64,000 bases of DNA, taken from positions 206,082 to 270,081 of the forward strand of contig JBAZYN010000002.1 in NCBI GenBank assembly GCA_041659325.1, written 5' to 3'. Positions 1 through 9,296 of this stretch are shown one piece after another (position 1 is the first letter of the stretch; each line of letters opens with the position of its first letter). The notes below the pieces were generated by a model that was not told where the DNA came from, made no database searches, and worked only from the letters and a program-made list of their open reading frames with translations. The DNA comes from Candidatus Shapirobacteria bacterium (GTDB lineage: Bacteria > Patescibacteriota > Microgenomatia > UBA12405). The position numbers and the translations under genes were made by a program.

Positions 1-1752
1 GTCGATCTTGACGGTTCTATTGATATCTTGGTGGGAGCTTTTATGACGGGGTACAACTCCCGGGAGGAATCCGGTTCGCTTTATACCATTTTGAATTTCC
101 CGCATACTATTGATGTTGAGGCGGTTTCCAACAATCAGCCGTTGTCGACGGTGGTTTTGACCGGTTCGGTGGGAGCGACGAATTCGGTGACTAATATAAG
201 CGGGGTTCAATACCGGGTGGACAGCAATCAATTGACAGGGACATGGAGCGCGTGTACGGCTGATGACGGGGCTTTTGACAGTCGATTGGAGGATTATAGC
301 TGCGAAATTAGCGGCCTTGCGAACGGATCACACACCGTTTATGTAAGGGCTTATGATGAGAATATTTCATATACGGTTCGGGGCAATTTTGCCTCGACGA
401 CATTTACGGTTTTGGCACCGACTCCGGATATCACGAATGTCGGGACTTCTTCTCTTGATACCGGAGTGACGATTACCTGGGTGACGGAAGAAGCAGCGTC
501 GTCTCAGGTTTATTACGGACTAACTTCCGGATATGGGACAACGACGACGGTGACGGATACTTCGCCGCTGGTGACCAACCATAGGGTGTCACTATCTTTA
601 CTTCAGCCCTGTGCTATCTATCATTATCAGGCGAAATCTGTTGATAGCGAGGGCAATGAAAAATTCAGCAGTGATGGGACTTTTTCAACGACAGGTTGTA
701 CGGTAGCAGCTGCCTCCGAGTCGATGTTTGACAAAGTAATTACCGATATTTCGGGCGGGGAGGTCCCGAAACAATTTGTTGATTCTCAGGGTAATAATTT
801 GGGAATTTCGCTGACGATACCTGCTTCTTCGATTGGTGTCTCTGAGGCTAGTTTCCAAATTCAACAATTTAATAAATTTACGACATTTTCTTTGATTCCG
901 TCGCCTCCCGACTATAATCCGGTGAGTGGTTATATCTATGAACTTCGGGCGTTTGATTTGGCGACTACTGAGGCGGTCGGCAGTTTTAGCCAACCGCTGG
1001 GTATTAGCATTAATTACAACCAGAGTGATTTGGGAAATGATATTGATGAATCGACTTTAACGATTTACCGGTATCATGATGCTGCCTGGAGCCAACTTTC
1101 TTCTTGCCAAATAAATACCGGTTTGCGACGGGTGACGTGCAGTACGACAGGTTTTTCGTTGTTTGTATTGGTGGGCAAAAACAAAGTTGTTTCTGCGGCT
1201 AATCTGACTCCGGAGTGTGGTGATCCAAAACCATTTTCGGCGCCCGATCTGTTTGAAGTTTATACCTTCGCCACCTCGGCCACCATGAAATTTACCCCGA
1301 TTAACAATACGAGCCAATTTTATATTTCATTTTCTTCGGTCAATACTAACGGCGAAGAACACGGGGAGCAAGTGACTCTTGGCCGGGAAGGAGAACAAAA
1401 TCACACGGTTTACCATCTTAAACCCAATACGGTCTATTACTTTAAAGTCAGAGGCCAATTGGGCTGTCAGCCCGGAGAGTGGAGCAAAATATTGACCGCC
1501 AAAACCACAACCGGAAAAAGAACGGCCAGATACTACCCTAATTCCTTAATTCTCAAACCGAAGGTTATGGTGTCGTCAAATTCTGCCAAAACTTCCTCTG
1601 TTCTGGGGGCTCAATCACCTACGCTTGAGGTAGAGGTGGAGCCAACTTTGACCCCAATCCCGACTGTTTCTGTCCCTCCCAAGCCTACTCCTTCTGCTTC
1701 CGTCACTCCAACTCCAAAATCATGTTTCCGTTTTTTGTGGTGGTGTTGGTGA
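1..1752 (+). CDS. Surface protein, 5'-truncated: FG-GAP-like repeat remnant, Ig/FN3-like domains, Pro/Thr linker, C-terminal CFRFLWWCW
   Basis: Frame is open from base 1 (VDLDGSIDILVGA, FG-GAP-like). FN3-type motifs VTITWVT..SQVYYG and LKPNTVYYFKVRG. Confidence 0.75.
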   Translation, partial: VDLDGSIDILVGAFMTGYNSREESGSLYTILNFPHTIDVEAVSNNQPLSTVVLTGSVGATNSVTNISGVQYRVDSNQLTGTWSACTADDGAFDSRLEDYSCEISGLANGSHTVYVRAYDENISYTVRGNFASTTFTVLAPTPDITNVGTSSLDTGVTITWVTEEAASSQVYYGLTSGYGTTTTVTDTSPLVTNHRVSLSLLQPCAIYHYQAKSVDSEGNEKFSSDGTFSTTGCTVAAASESMFDKVITDISGGEVPKQFVDSQGNNLGISLTIPASSIGVSEASFQIQQFNKFTTFSLIPSPPDYNPVSGYIYELRAFDLATTEAVGSFSQPLGISINYNQSDLGNDIDESTLTIYRYHDAAWSQLSSCQINTGLRRVTCSTTGFSLFVLVGKNKVVSAANLTPECGDPKPFSAPDLFEVYTFATSATMKFTPINNTSQFYISFSSVNTNGEEHGEQVTLGREGEQNHTVYHLKPNTVYYFKVRGQLGCQPGEWSKILTAKTTTGKRTARYYPNSLILKPKVMVSSNSAKTSSVLGAQSPTLEVEVEPTLTPIPTVSVPPKPTPSASVTPTPKSCFRFLWWCW

Positions 1753-1789
1753 TGAGATGAGATGGGCAGAGATGATGACGGATATTGAC

Positions 1790-1818
1790 TTGACAAGAGG
1801 GGAGTAATACCTTAGAAT
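1790..1818 (+). promoter_or_regulatory. Sigma70-type promoter upstream of rho
   Basis: TTGACA (1790-1795), 17-nt spacer, TAGAAT (1813-1818). Confidence 0.7.
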
Positions 1819-1896
1819 TAGTTGTTTCATGAGTTTTTCCCGCACGATGTGTGTTATTGTACTTTTCCCCTATTTAGAAATTTCAAAAAATAAAAA

Positions 1897-3243
1897 ATGC
1901 TGAAGAAAGTTGGCGAGCCTGATGAGGCTAGTGTTAAGGTTGTTACAGCGGTCGAAGAAGTAAAAGTTGCTCTGCCGGAAGTGGCGGCAGCCAAAGATAA
2001 GCCGGTGCAGGTTGAAAAAACCGAGGTGCCAAGATCGAGGGTGGAGATAAAACAACCGGTAAGAATCGCTTCACAACCAATCCAAGTAAAGCCTCAGTTG
2101 CAACCACAGCCACAAGTACAGGCGCAATTAAATTCTAATTTTGAAAACATTAACGGTATTTTGGAGATAATGCAGGATGGACAGGGATATATTAGGCCTA
2201 AGTTTAATCCATCAGCAAAGGATGTGTTTATCGGCTCGATGCAGGTTCGGAGATACAACCTGAGGTTTGGGGATTTGATAAGCGGAGTGGCTAAATCACC
2301 CAAGGATGGGGACAGGTATTGGGGGTTGGTGAGGCTTGATAAGGTAAACGGAATGGAGTTGGCTTCAGCCGGTAGAAGACCGGATTTTAGAGATTTGGTA
2401 CCAATATATGCCCAAAAACAGATAAAGCTCGAGACGGACAAGGAAATATTGTCGACGAGGATTATCGATTTGTTTTGCCCGATTGGTTTCGGACAGAGGG
2501 GGATGGTAGTGTCGCCGCCAAAGGCAGGAAAGACGGTTTTGCTAAAAGAGATCGCGGCAGGGGTGACAAGAAACTATCCTGAAGTTCACCTAATGGCAGT
2601 ACTTGTGGGGGAAAGACCGGAGGAAGTGACAGATATGCAGAGATTCATAAAAGGAGAGGTAATTGCTTCTAGCTTTGATCAGAAACCTGAAGAACAGACC
2701 AGGGCGGCCGAGATTGCGATTGAGCGGGCAAAAAGATTGGTAGAACTGGGGAAAGACGTAGTGATGGTTTTTGATTCGATCACGAGACTGGCTCGGGCTT
2801 ATAATTTGGCGATTCCGACTTCAGGAAGAACACTGTCGGGAGGATTTGACCCGGCAGCGCTTTATCCATCGAAGAAATTTTTTGGAGCGGCAAGAAAAAT
2901 TGAAAACGGAGGATCGCTAACCATTATCGGGACGGCTTTGGTTGATACCGGGTCAAAAATGGATGAATTGATTTTTGAGGAATTTAAGGGCACAGGAAAT
3001 ATGGAACTGAGGCTTGACAGAAGGTTGGCGGAGAGAAGGATATTTCCGGCGTTTGACATCTTAAAGTCGGGGACGCGGAAGGAGGAATTGCTTTTGGGTG
3101 AAAGTGAGCTGAGTAAAATTATTGCAATCCGGAGGATGTTTGATGTTATTGATGACAGTAACGGAGCAACAGAGATGATTATCGAGCAGATGTTAAAATC
3201 AAAGAATAATGATGAATTTTTGGCAAAAGTGGGGAAAAAATAG
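1897..3243 (+). CDS. rho: Transcription termination factor Rho with Q/P-rich N-terminal extension
   Basis: PIGFGQRG..SPPKAGKT (Walker A), ERPEEVTD, DSITRLARAYN, SGRTLSGG, FEEFKGTGNMEL. Confidence 0.97.
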   Translation: MLKKVGEPDEASVKVVTAVEEVKVALPEVAAAKDKPVQVEKTEVPRSRVEIKQPVRIASQPIQVKPQLQPQPQVQAQLNSNFENINGILEIMQDGQGYIRPKFNPSAKDVFIGSMQVRRYNLRFGDLISGVAKSPKDGDRYWGLVRLDKVNGMELASAGRRPDFRDLVPIYAQKQIKLETDKEILSTRIIDLFCPIGFGQRGMVVSPPKAGKTVLLKEIAAGVTRNYPEVHLMAVLVGERPEEVTDMQRFIKGEVIASSFDQKPEEQTRAAEIAIERAKRLVELGKDVVMVFDSITRLARAYNLAIPTSGRTLSGGFDPAALYPSKKFFGAARKIENGGSLTIIGTALVDTGSKMDELIFEEFKGTGNMELRLDRRLAERRIFPAFDILKSGTRKEELLLGESELSKIIAIRRMFDVIDDSNGATEMIIEQMLKSKNNDEFLAKVGKK

Positions 3244-3263
3244 AGAGACAAACAGCCTTAAAG

Positions 3264-3284
3264 CCATGCCTGCCGGCAGGCAGG
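3264..3284 (+). repeat. 21-nt GC hairpin element (family P) ccatgcctgccggcaggcagg
   Basis: Contains the perfect 16-bp palindrome tgcctgccggcaggca. Identical copies at 28695-28715 and 54772-54792. Confidence 0.9.
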
Positions 3285-3437
3285 TCGAAAGTCTAAAAGT
3301 CGGAAAGTCGAAAGTCTAAAAGTCTGAAAGACTGAAAGATTAATAGTCTAAAAGTCGAAAGTCTAAAAGTCTGAAAGACTGAAAGATTAATAGTCTAAAA
3401 GTCGAAAGTCTAAAAGTCTGAAAGACTGAAAGATTAA
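3285..3437 (+). repeat. Intergenic AAAGTC 7/8-mer array (family A) with a 47-bp higher-order period, about 3 copies
   Basis: Units cgaaagt/ctaaaagt/ctgaaaga; gattaa recurs at 3338, 3385 and 3432. Confidence 0.9.
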
Positions 3438-3439
3438 AG

Positions 3440-4540
3440 ATGATAAATAAAAAATTTTTTGAAGAAGAATCAAAATTAATTAGAGAGTTTTTTGTTGACC
3501 AAAGTCGTTTTTGGGAAGGGGTGTTGGCGGTGTGGTTGGGGTGGGCAGGAATTATAAAAAATAGCCTGAGCAAGATGATGTACCGGCAGAGAGGCCGATT
3601 TAGCCAAACTTTTGTTAATGTCAGTATGGCGGCGTTGTCGTTTCTGGTGATAGTGTTTTCCGGAAAAGTTGAAGAACTGATTACATTTTCGGGAAATAAA
3701 GATGCCGGAGGAAGTAATTATTTGATTATGGCGGCGGACGAAATCGGGGGAGCGGAGACGCAAATATCCAGTTTGCCAAAAGGGGAAACGACCGAGTATC
3801 GGGTGGAGGAGGGGGATACGATATCAGCGATTGCGGTGAAGTTTGGGGTGTCGATTGACACAATTATGTGGGAAAATAACTTAAAGTCAGTAGATCAAAT
3901 TAAGCCGAAACAGATACTAAAGATACTTCCTGTAACAGGGATGAGGTATAAGGTTACCAGAGGAGAGACTATTTATAGTATAGCCAAAAAATTACAGGTT
4001 GACGCACAAAACATTATTGATTACCCTTTTAATACATTTAGCAACGATGAAACTTTTGCTTTGTATGCCGGTCAGGAGCTGATAGTGCCGGACGGAATAA
4101 AACCGAAGGAAGTAGTTATTGATCAGGCCAGATACGTGGCCAGGACGGTGGCGCCAATTCCGGGAGTTCAGGGGGAAGGTAATTTTATGTGGCCAACTGC
4201 GGGGCGTATCAGCCAGAGGTCGTCTTGGTATCACACGGCAGTTGATATTGCTTCCAAAGACGGACCGAACATCCAAGCAGCTCAGGGCGGGACGGTGGTG
4301 ACGGCGGGATGGAATGCCGGAGGTTATGGCAACTATGTGATTATTGATCACGGTAATGGCTATAAAACTTTGTATGCACACTTATTGAGTAACTCGTTGG
4401 TGGTTCAGGCAGGGCAGAGGGTGGTGCAGGGGCAGAAATTAGGGGTGATGGGAAGCACCGGAAGATCAACCGGCCCTCATCTTCATTTTGAAGTGATTAG
4501 TCCAAAGGGGAAATTGGATCCGTTGACAGTGCTTAAATAG
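3440..4540 (+). CDS. Membrane-anchored LysM x2 + M23 peptidase
   Basis: Two LysM repeats (YRVEEGDTISAIA, YKVTRGETIYSIA). M23 motifs HTAVD, GYGNYVIIDH, YAHL, STGPHLHFE. Confidence 0.93.
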   Translation: MINKKFFEEESKLIREFFVDQSRFWEGVLAVWLGWAGIIKNSLSKMMYRQRGRFSQTFVNVSMAALSFLVIVFSGKVEELITFSGNKDAGGSNYLIMAADEIGGAETQISSLPKGETTEYRVEEGDTISAIAVKFGVSIDTIMWENNLKSVDQIKPKQILKILPVTGMRYKVTRGETIYSIAKKLQVDAQNIIDYPFNTFSNDETFALYAGQELIVPDGIKPKEVVIDQARYVARTVAPIPGVQGEGNFMWPTAGRISQRSSWYHTAVDIASKDGPNIQAAQGGTVVTAGWNAGGYGNYVIIDHGNGYKTLYAHLLSNSLVVQAGQRVVQGQKLGVMGSTGRSTGPHLHFEVISPKGKLDPLTVLK

Positions 4541-4567
4541 GGAATATCTGATAAAGTTAGTGTGTAG

Positions 4568-5884
4568 ATGAGAAGAAATGGCCATGCCTGCGGGCAGGCA
4601 GGTTTTACAATTATTGAGTTATTGGTGGCGATATCGATAATGGCAGTATTGTCGGTTATTGCCTTTGGCCAATACAGGCAGTCGAAACTAAAGGCGAACG
4701 ATGTTCGGAGGAAGGCAGATTTGAATTCACTTTATAAAGCGATACTGACGGTATACAACGATTCGGGGGTCTTTCCCTCTAATAGTAGTATCCCCTGGGG
4801 AGTGGGGTTGACGGCCAGTGACGGGACTTCATATATGAAGCAAACACCGGTGGATACAAATCCGGCTTTGCCATATTATGTAGAAACGAGGGATGGGGGG
4901 AAGAAAGTAGCTATTTTTTCGAATTTGGAGAACGTGGAGGATTCGGAATATAACAAATATTGTCCGGGTTGCCCGGGTAATCCGTCGTGCCGGAATTCTA
5001 ATTTTGGTTATCGAGCGGGTAACGGACTGACTTATCACTATGTGGTTTTTAGCTCAAATACATCTTATGGGGATTTTGGATTGAATTGTGATATAGTGGC
5101 GTTACCCACCAGTACACCGGTACCTCCCACTAGTACACCAGTTCCACCGACCAGTACGCCGGTACCTCCCACTAGTACACCAATACCACCAACTAGTACA
5201 CCAGTGGCAGCCACCAGTACACCCGTGTCGGCAACCAGTACACCAGTCCCACCAACCAGTACACCGGTGGCACCGACCACTTCACCGCCGCCACCAACAA
5301 GTACACCGATAGTACCGACACCAACATCAACTTGCACTAATCCGGTGTGTCATAGAGATTGGGATACGGATGGGTACGGTGATCCGGGGGTGGCCAATAA
5401 TACCGGATGTGCATCGTGTGTGGCAGGATATGTTATTGATAATAGCGATTGTTGTGATAACAATAATTTGATAAGACCGGGATCGGCATATTATTCAACT
5501 CCTCACGCATCTTGTGTTGGGGTAGGGAGCACTTGGGATTATGATTGTAGTGGTACAGTTACATTCGCGGTAGGGGCGACTTCTGTGTCACTTGCGGGAA
5601 GGCTAAAATCCGGGGGATATTTTCGATACAGAGGGCCTGATTGTGCAGGATGGTCGCCATCGGAAACCGGATATCTGGGATTTGACGCTCAATATATAAC
5701 TCAGGCTGACTGTGGTAAAAACTATTATCTTTGCGACGATGAGGATCTGTCAGTGTTTGATGACGGCCAGGTGTATTCAAGAAAATCGGCAACAGGTGTT
5801 TGTGAAAATATTACCCCGTACTGGATGACAGCGCCCGGGGTTTGTACTTCTCTCGGGTGGCAACAGACAGTTAAGTGTCGATAA
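4568..5884 (+). CDS. Type IV pilin/pseudopilin-like protein with PTSTPVP linker and Cys-rich C-terminal domain
   Basis: Prepilin motif G-FTIIELLVAISIMAVL followed by KANDVRRKADL; Thr/Pro repeat; DxDxDGYG..DCCD module. Confidence 0.88.
   Translation: MRRNGHACGQAGFTIIELLVAISIMAVLSVIAFGQYRQSKLKANDVRRKADLNSLYKAILTVYNDSGVFPSNSSIPWGVGLTASDGTSYMKQTPVDTNPALPYYVETRDGGKKVAIFSNLENVEDSEYNKYCPGCPGNPSCRNSNFGYRAGNGLTYHYVVFSSNTSYGDFGLNCDIVALPTSTPVPPTSTPVPPTSTPVPPTSTPIPPTSTPVAATSTPVSATSTPVPPTSTPVAPTTSPPPPTSTPIVPTPTSTCTNPVCHRDWDTDGYGDPGVANNTGCASCVAGYVIDNSDCCDNNNLIRPGSAYYSTPHASCVGVGSTWDYDCSGTVTFAVGATSVSLAGRLKSGGYFRYRGPDCAGWSPSETGYLGFDAQYITQADCGKNYYLCDDEDLSVFDDGQVYSRKSATGVCENITPYWMTAPGVCTSLGWQQTVKCR
4582..4602 (+). 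repeat. Family P hairpin inserted in frame in the prepilin leader
   Basis: ccatgcctgcgggcaggcagg (one change from consensus). Removing it restores MRRNGFTIIEL. Confidence 0.85.
5105..5330 (+). repeat. 21-bp coding tandem repeat (PTSTPVP, about 10 copies)
   Basis: Repeated (c/g)cnaccagtacacc units in the pilin gene. Confidence 0.9.
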
Positions 5885-5952
5885 GATAAATTTGCGGTAA
5901 AAAGATATATTTTGTATTTGTGGATTGAGGTGGGGTTTGTTATTCTGAGTTC

Positions 5953-7983
5953 ATGCAGAAGATATTGAAGTGGTATGTAAGAATTGTTATTATGTTGTTT
6001 CCGATTTTCTTTTTGCCGGTAGTTACCGATATATTTGGATTTGGAAAGAGCTGGTTTTTGGGAGTAACGGCACTAATCGGTCTGGTTTTGTGGGTGGCAG
6101 AAATACTGATCACTAAAAAAAATAGTATCAGGGTAAACAAGCCCTTTTGGCTAGTATTGGGGTTGACTGTATGGGCGGGGATTGTGTGGACGAGGCTGAG
6201 TGTGGGAGTGCAGATGAGAACGATGATGGCGCCGATGGGGTGGGGTTTTTTGGTGGCGATGCTGATTTGGTTTTTTCTGTGGTTGCAGGTATCGGAAAAA
6301 GAGGAGACTAATAAACAATTGTGGTTTTTGTCGGTATCGGGGGTGGTGGTAGCGATAACTTCTATGGTGGTTTTTATGATTCCCACGGCTAGGCTGCCAA
6401 TTTTATTGCCGAAGGATAACCCGATCCTGTCTATCGGGCAGGGGTGGTCTGTGACGGGATCACTGATGAGCGAGGTAGCATTTATGCTTTTACTGGTGAG
6501 CCAGTGGGTAAAAAGATTGTTGGCGAAACTAAAAAATAAAGACGGAAGCGATGGGTATATGGTTGAGGCGGTAATGGCAGCGGTTTTCGGACTGGTATTG
6601 CTTTTGGATGTGTATAGACTGGCGACGGGCGGTCTTTTGATGCTGGATAAAAACAGCTCCTGGGTAATTGCAGCAGAGACGCTGAAGCGGTCACCATTTT
6701 TTGGAGTCGGTTTTGGGAATTTTTCCGAAGCATTTAGTCTGTACCGACCGGCACAATATAATTTGACAAAATATTGGGCGAACGGATTTAATACATCCTC
6801 GATGGGAATATTGAATATATGGACGGAACTGGGGATTGTGGGACTGTTGCTGGTAGTAATGTTGGTTAGTGCTTGGGCCAAGACGAAAAGAAGAGGTGAT
6901 TTTTGGTTGGTGGGGATGTTTTTGATTTTGTTTGTCATACTACCAATGGATTTGATGATCTGGTTTGCGGTGATGTGGTTACTAGCGGGAGGTTTGTTTG
7001 AGAGCCGGGAAATAAAATTAACTTTGAATGTGGGCGAAAATAACCTTAATATTGGGCCTTGGATTTTGGGTTTAATTTTGACGAGTGGAGCGATTTTTGG
7101 CGGATATCATTGGGTGAAAATTTTGCGAGGAGAGATGTTTTTGAGGGAGTCCTTTGTGGCTTCATCGAAGAATAACGGCGGGTTGACCTATGATTTGCAG
7201 ATTAAAGCAATCGGACAAAATAACACCTTTGCGGAATACAGAAGAATTTATTCACAAACGAATTTGGGGCTAGCTCAGGTGATGTTGTCAAACAAAGATG
7301 TAACCGACGATGATAAACAAAAAGCATCGACTTTGATTCAACAATCAGTGAGGGAGGCAAAATCAGCGGTAGCCCTGGAAAGTAACAATGCGGTTTATTG
7401 GACAAATCTGGCAGCAATTTATAAGGCCCTGGTGGGATTGGTAGACGGAGCGCCTGATTGGAGTTTTCAGGCATATCAGCAGGCGGCGACGTTGGATCCG
7501 GTTAACCCGTTGATTAAATTGGATATGGGATGGTTGCTGTTTGCGGCCGGAAGGTATGATGAAGCTGATAGGGTGTTTGAACAAGTGGTGGTCAATAAAA
7601 CCGATTATGCCAATGGTTGGTATAACTGGGCATATACGGCCAAAAAAAGTAACAGGTTGGCAGATGCGGTCCAGAGACTTTCTCAGGCGGTGGCGTTAGT
7701 ACCCGTGGATTCAGGTGATTACGAAAAAGCAACGAAAGAACTTTTGGATTGGAAAAAGGAACTGGATGAGGCGATGAAGAAGCAGGCTGATGCTGCGAAA
7801 GCGACGACTGCCAAGCAGGCCGAGACTTTGCAGACGTCTGAACCACTGCCGACTGCTGGAAAAGTGACAGTTCCAAATGAAGAGATGGAACCACCGGAGA
7901 CTCTGCCAATACCGACGGTGGAAGTGGTAACACCAACGCCAACGACTACCGGACCGACAATGACACCAACCGGATCGCCTTAA
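5953..7983 (+). CDS. O-antigen ligase (Wzy_C)-like polytopic membrane protein with C-terminal TPRs
   Basis: Many TM helices, PFFGVGFGNF..F..YRP and TELGIVG motifs, then TPR helices. Confidence 0.8.
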   Translation: MQKILKWYVRIVIMLFPIFFLPVVTDIFGFGKSWFLGVTALIGLVLWVAEILITKKNSIRVNKPFWLVLGLTVWAGIVWTRLSVGVQMRTMMAPMGWGFLVAMLIWFFLWLQVSEKEETNKQLWFLSVSGVVVAITSMVVFMIPTARLPILLPKDNPILSIGQGWSVTGSLMSEVAFMLLLVSQWVKRLLAKLKNKDGSDGYMVEAVMAAVFGLVLLLDVYRLATGGLLMLDKNSSWVIAAETLKRSPFFGVGFGNFSEAFSLYRPAQYNLTKYWANGFNTSSMGILNIWTELGIVGLLLVVMLVSAWAKTKRRGDFWLVGMFLILFVILPMDLMIWFAVMWLLAGGLFESREIKLTLNVGENNLNIGPWILGLILTSGAIFGGYHWVKILRGEMFLRESFVASSKNNGGLTYDLQIKAIGQNNTFAEYRRIYSQTNLGLAQVMLSNKDVTDDDKQKASTLIQQSVREAKSAVALESNNAVYWTNLAAIYKALVGLVDGAPDWSFQAYQQAATLDPVNPLIKLDMGWLLFAAGRYDEADRVFEQVVVNKTDYANGWYNWAYTAKKSNRLADAVQRLSQAVALVPVDSGDYEKATKELLDWKKELDEAMKKQADAAKATTAKQAETLQTSEPLPTAGKVTVPNEEMEPPETLPIPTVEVVTPTPTTTGPTMTPTGSP

Positions 7984-8056
7984 AATGCGACCGAAATTGA
8001 TAAGGGGACGATTGAAGATGCCTTTTTGAACAGGAAGAAATTAAGAAATCGGGAAA

Positions 8057-9259
8057 TTAGTTGATTATCCACCACTTGAATTCAATCGGTTCAGGGATGG
8101 GGGAATCAAGACCGACAGTGAATGAAGTGTTGGTTTTGGAAATTACACGGAGACTCTGGTGCTTGCCACCTTTTATTACACTGAGATAGACCTGTGAGGA
8201 AGGAGCAAGGTTTTTATTTTGAAGATTGATTTCTTTGGTGGCTGAAGGAAGGGTGGTTTGGCCGGAAAAGGAATTAGTGTCGGTGAGGTTTTCAACATTG
8301 ATGCTTTTTGATGTTTCGGGGGCGGCGATAATCAGACCTGTCCCGATAGGCAAGCCGGAGTCTGCCTGAATGATGGGAGGATTGTCCTGAAGATGGATGG
8401 TGGGGGATGGTGACGTAATTGGTAATCTGTAATCTGTAATCGGTAATTGTTTTGAATCGCTAGAGCTTTGGGAGACTAATTTTTCCAGTGCGAGTTTTTC
8501 ATTTTCAACTTGGGTTTTTTGATCTAGATCGGTAATCAAGGGCAGAAGAGTGGTGTAGGTTTGAAGAGCTTGGGGGATCAGGCCGGTTTGTTGTTGGAGA
8601 CGGGCTAAATCGTAAAAATTTTGGGCTTTGGTGGGCTCCAGAACAACTGTTTGGGTGAGATAGGCAAGGGTTTGAGCAGCATCACCTTTTTTGGCGTACA
8701 TAGAGGCCAAATCACGGGTAATTTCGGCGGAATCGGGGTTGAGCTTTTCGGCGGAGGAGAGATCGGAAATGGCCTGATTAATCAGCTCGGGTTTTGAGCC
8801 GGCAAGGGATTGAAAGATGCGGCTGCGTTGATAATAGCCCCGGTAGTCTTGAGGGAATTCTTTGATGGAATCGGTGGCGGATAAGATGGATTGATTGAGA
8901 AGGCTGATGATAGTTGGTTGAGAGGGCGGACACGTCGGTCCGCCCGTACATGATTGTTGCAATTGGAGAGCTTGGCTGAAATATTGTTGGGAGGTCAGAA
9001 GATAGTGTTGAATTGATTTGGGGACTTGGGTTGGCGAAGGAGATGTAACTGGTAATCTGTAATCTGTAATCTGTAATTGATTAGAATTAGCAGAATCTTG
9101 GGATTTAAATAAAATTAGGGAGCCAAAAGATATGAGGGTGAGGCCGGAAATGGAGATGAGAGGAATAAGGGAGGGTCTCGTATTTTTTGGGGGAGTAGTA
9201 GAAAGTGGTCTAACCCCGAGGGATTCAAGTTTTTGGATTTGGTCGGGGGTGAGATCCAT
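8057..9259 (-). CDS. Membrane-anchored TPR protein with C-terminal beta domain ending WWIIN
   Basis: N-terminal TM, TPR motifs (FPQDYRGYYQRS, LNPDSAEITRDLA, LEPTKAQNFYDLA); C-terminus similar to that of 11359..19113. Confidence 0.85.
   Translation of the reverse strand: MDLTPDQIQKLESLGVRPLSTTPPKNTRPSLIPLISISGLTLISFGSLILFKSQDSANSNQLQITDYRLPVTSPSPTQVPKSIQHYLLTSQQYFSQALQLQQSCTGGPTCPPSQPTIISLLNQSILSATDSIKEFPQDYRGYYQRSRIFQSLAGSKPELINQAISDLSSAEKLNPDSAEITRDLASMYAKKGDAAQTLAYLTQTVVLEPTKAQNFYDLARLQQQTGLIPQALQTYTTLLPLITDLDQKTQVENEKLALEKLVSQSSSDSKQLPITDYRLPITSPSPTIHLQDNPPIIQADSGLPIGTGLIIAAPETSKSINVENLTDTNSFSGQTTLPSATKEINLQNKNLAPSSQVYLSVIKGGKHQSLRVISKTNTSFTVGLDSPIPEPIEFKWWIIN
8415..8449 (-). repeat. ATTAC/GTAAT heptamer array in frame (QLPITDYRLPIT)
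   Basis: gtaattg gtaatct gtaatct gtaatcg gtaattg on the + strand. Confidence 0.85.
8924..8950. repeat. REP element in frame in the TPR gene (CTGGPTCPP)
   Basis: gggcggacacgtcggtccgcccgtaca, one mismatch to the RAYT-flanking REP at 40806. Confidence 0.88.
9045..9079 (-). repeat. ATTAC/GTAAT heptamer array in frame (QLQITDYRLPVT)
   Basis: gtaactg gtaatct gtaatct gtaatct gtaattg. Confidence 0.85.
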
Positions 9260-9296
9260 AAATTAGTTTAAGGGATAATTTCGAAATTTTTAGGAG

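Noticed and set aside
3263-3437. CRISPR array
   Set aside because: Contiguous 7/8-mer units with a 47-bp period, no unique spacers, no cas genes.
5940-6938. 332-aa minus-strand ORF and the many other antisense or alternate-frame ORFs inside long genes
   Set aside because: Shadows of well-supported genes, favoured by the skewed codon usage; no recognisable motifs.
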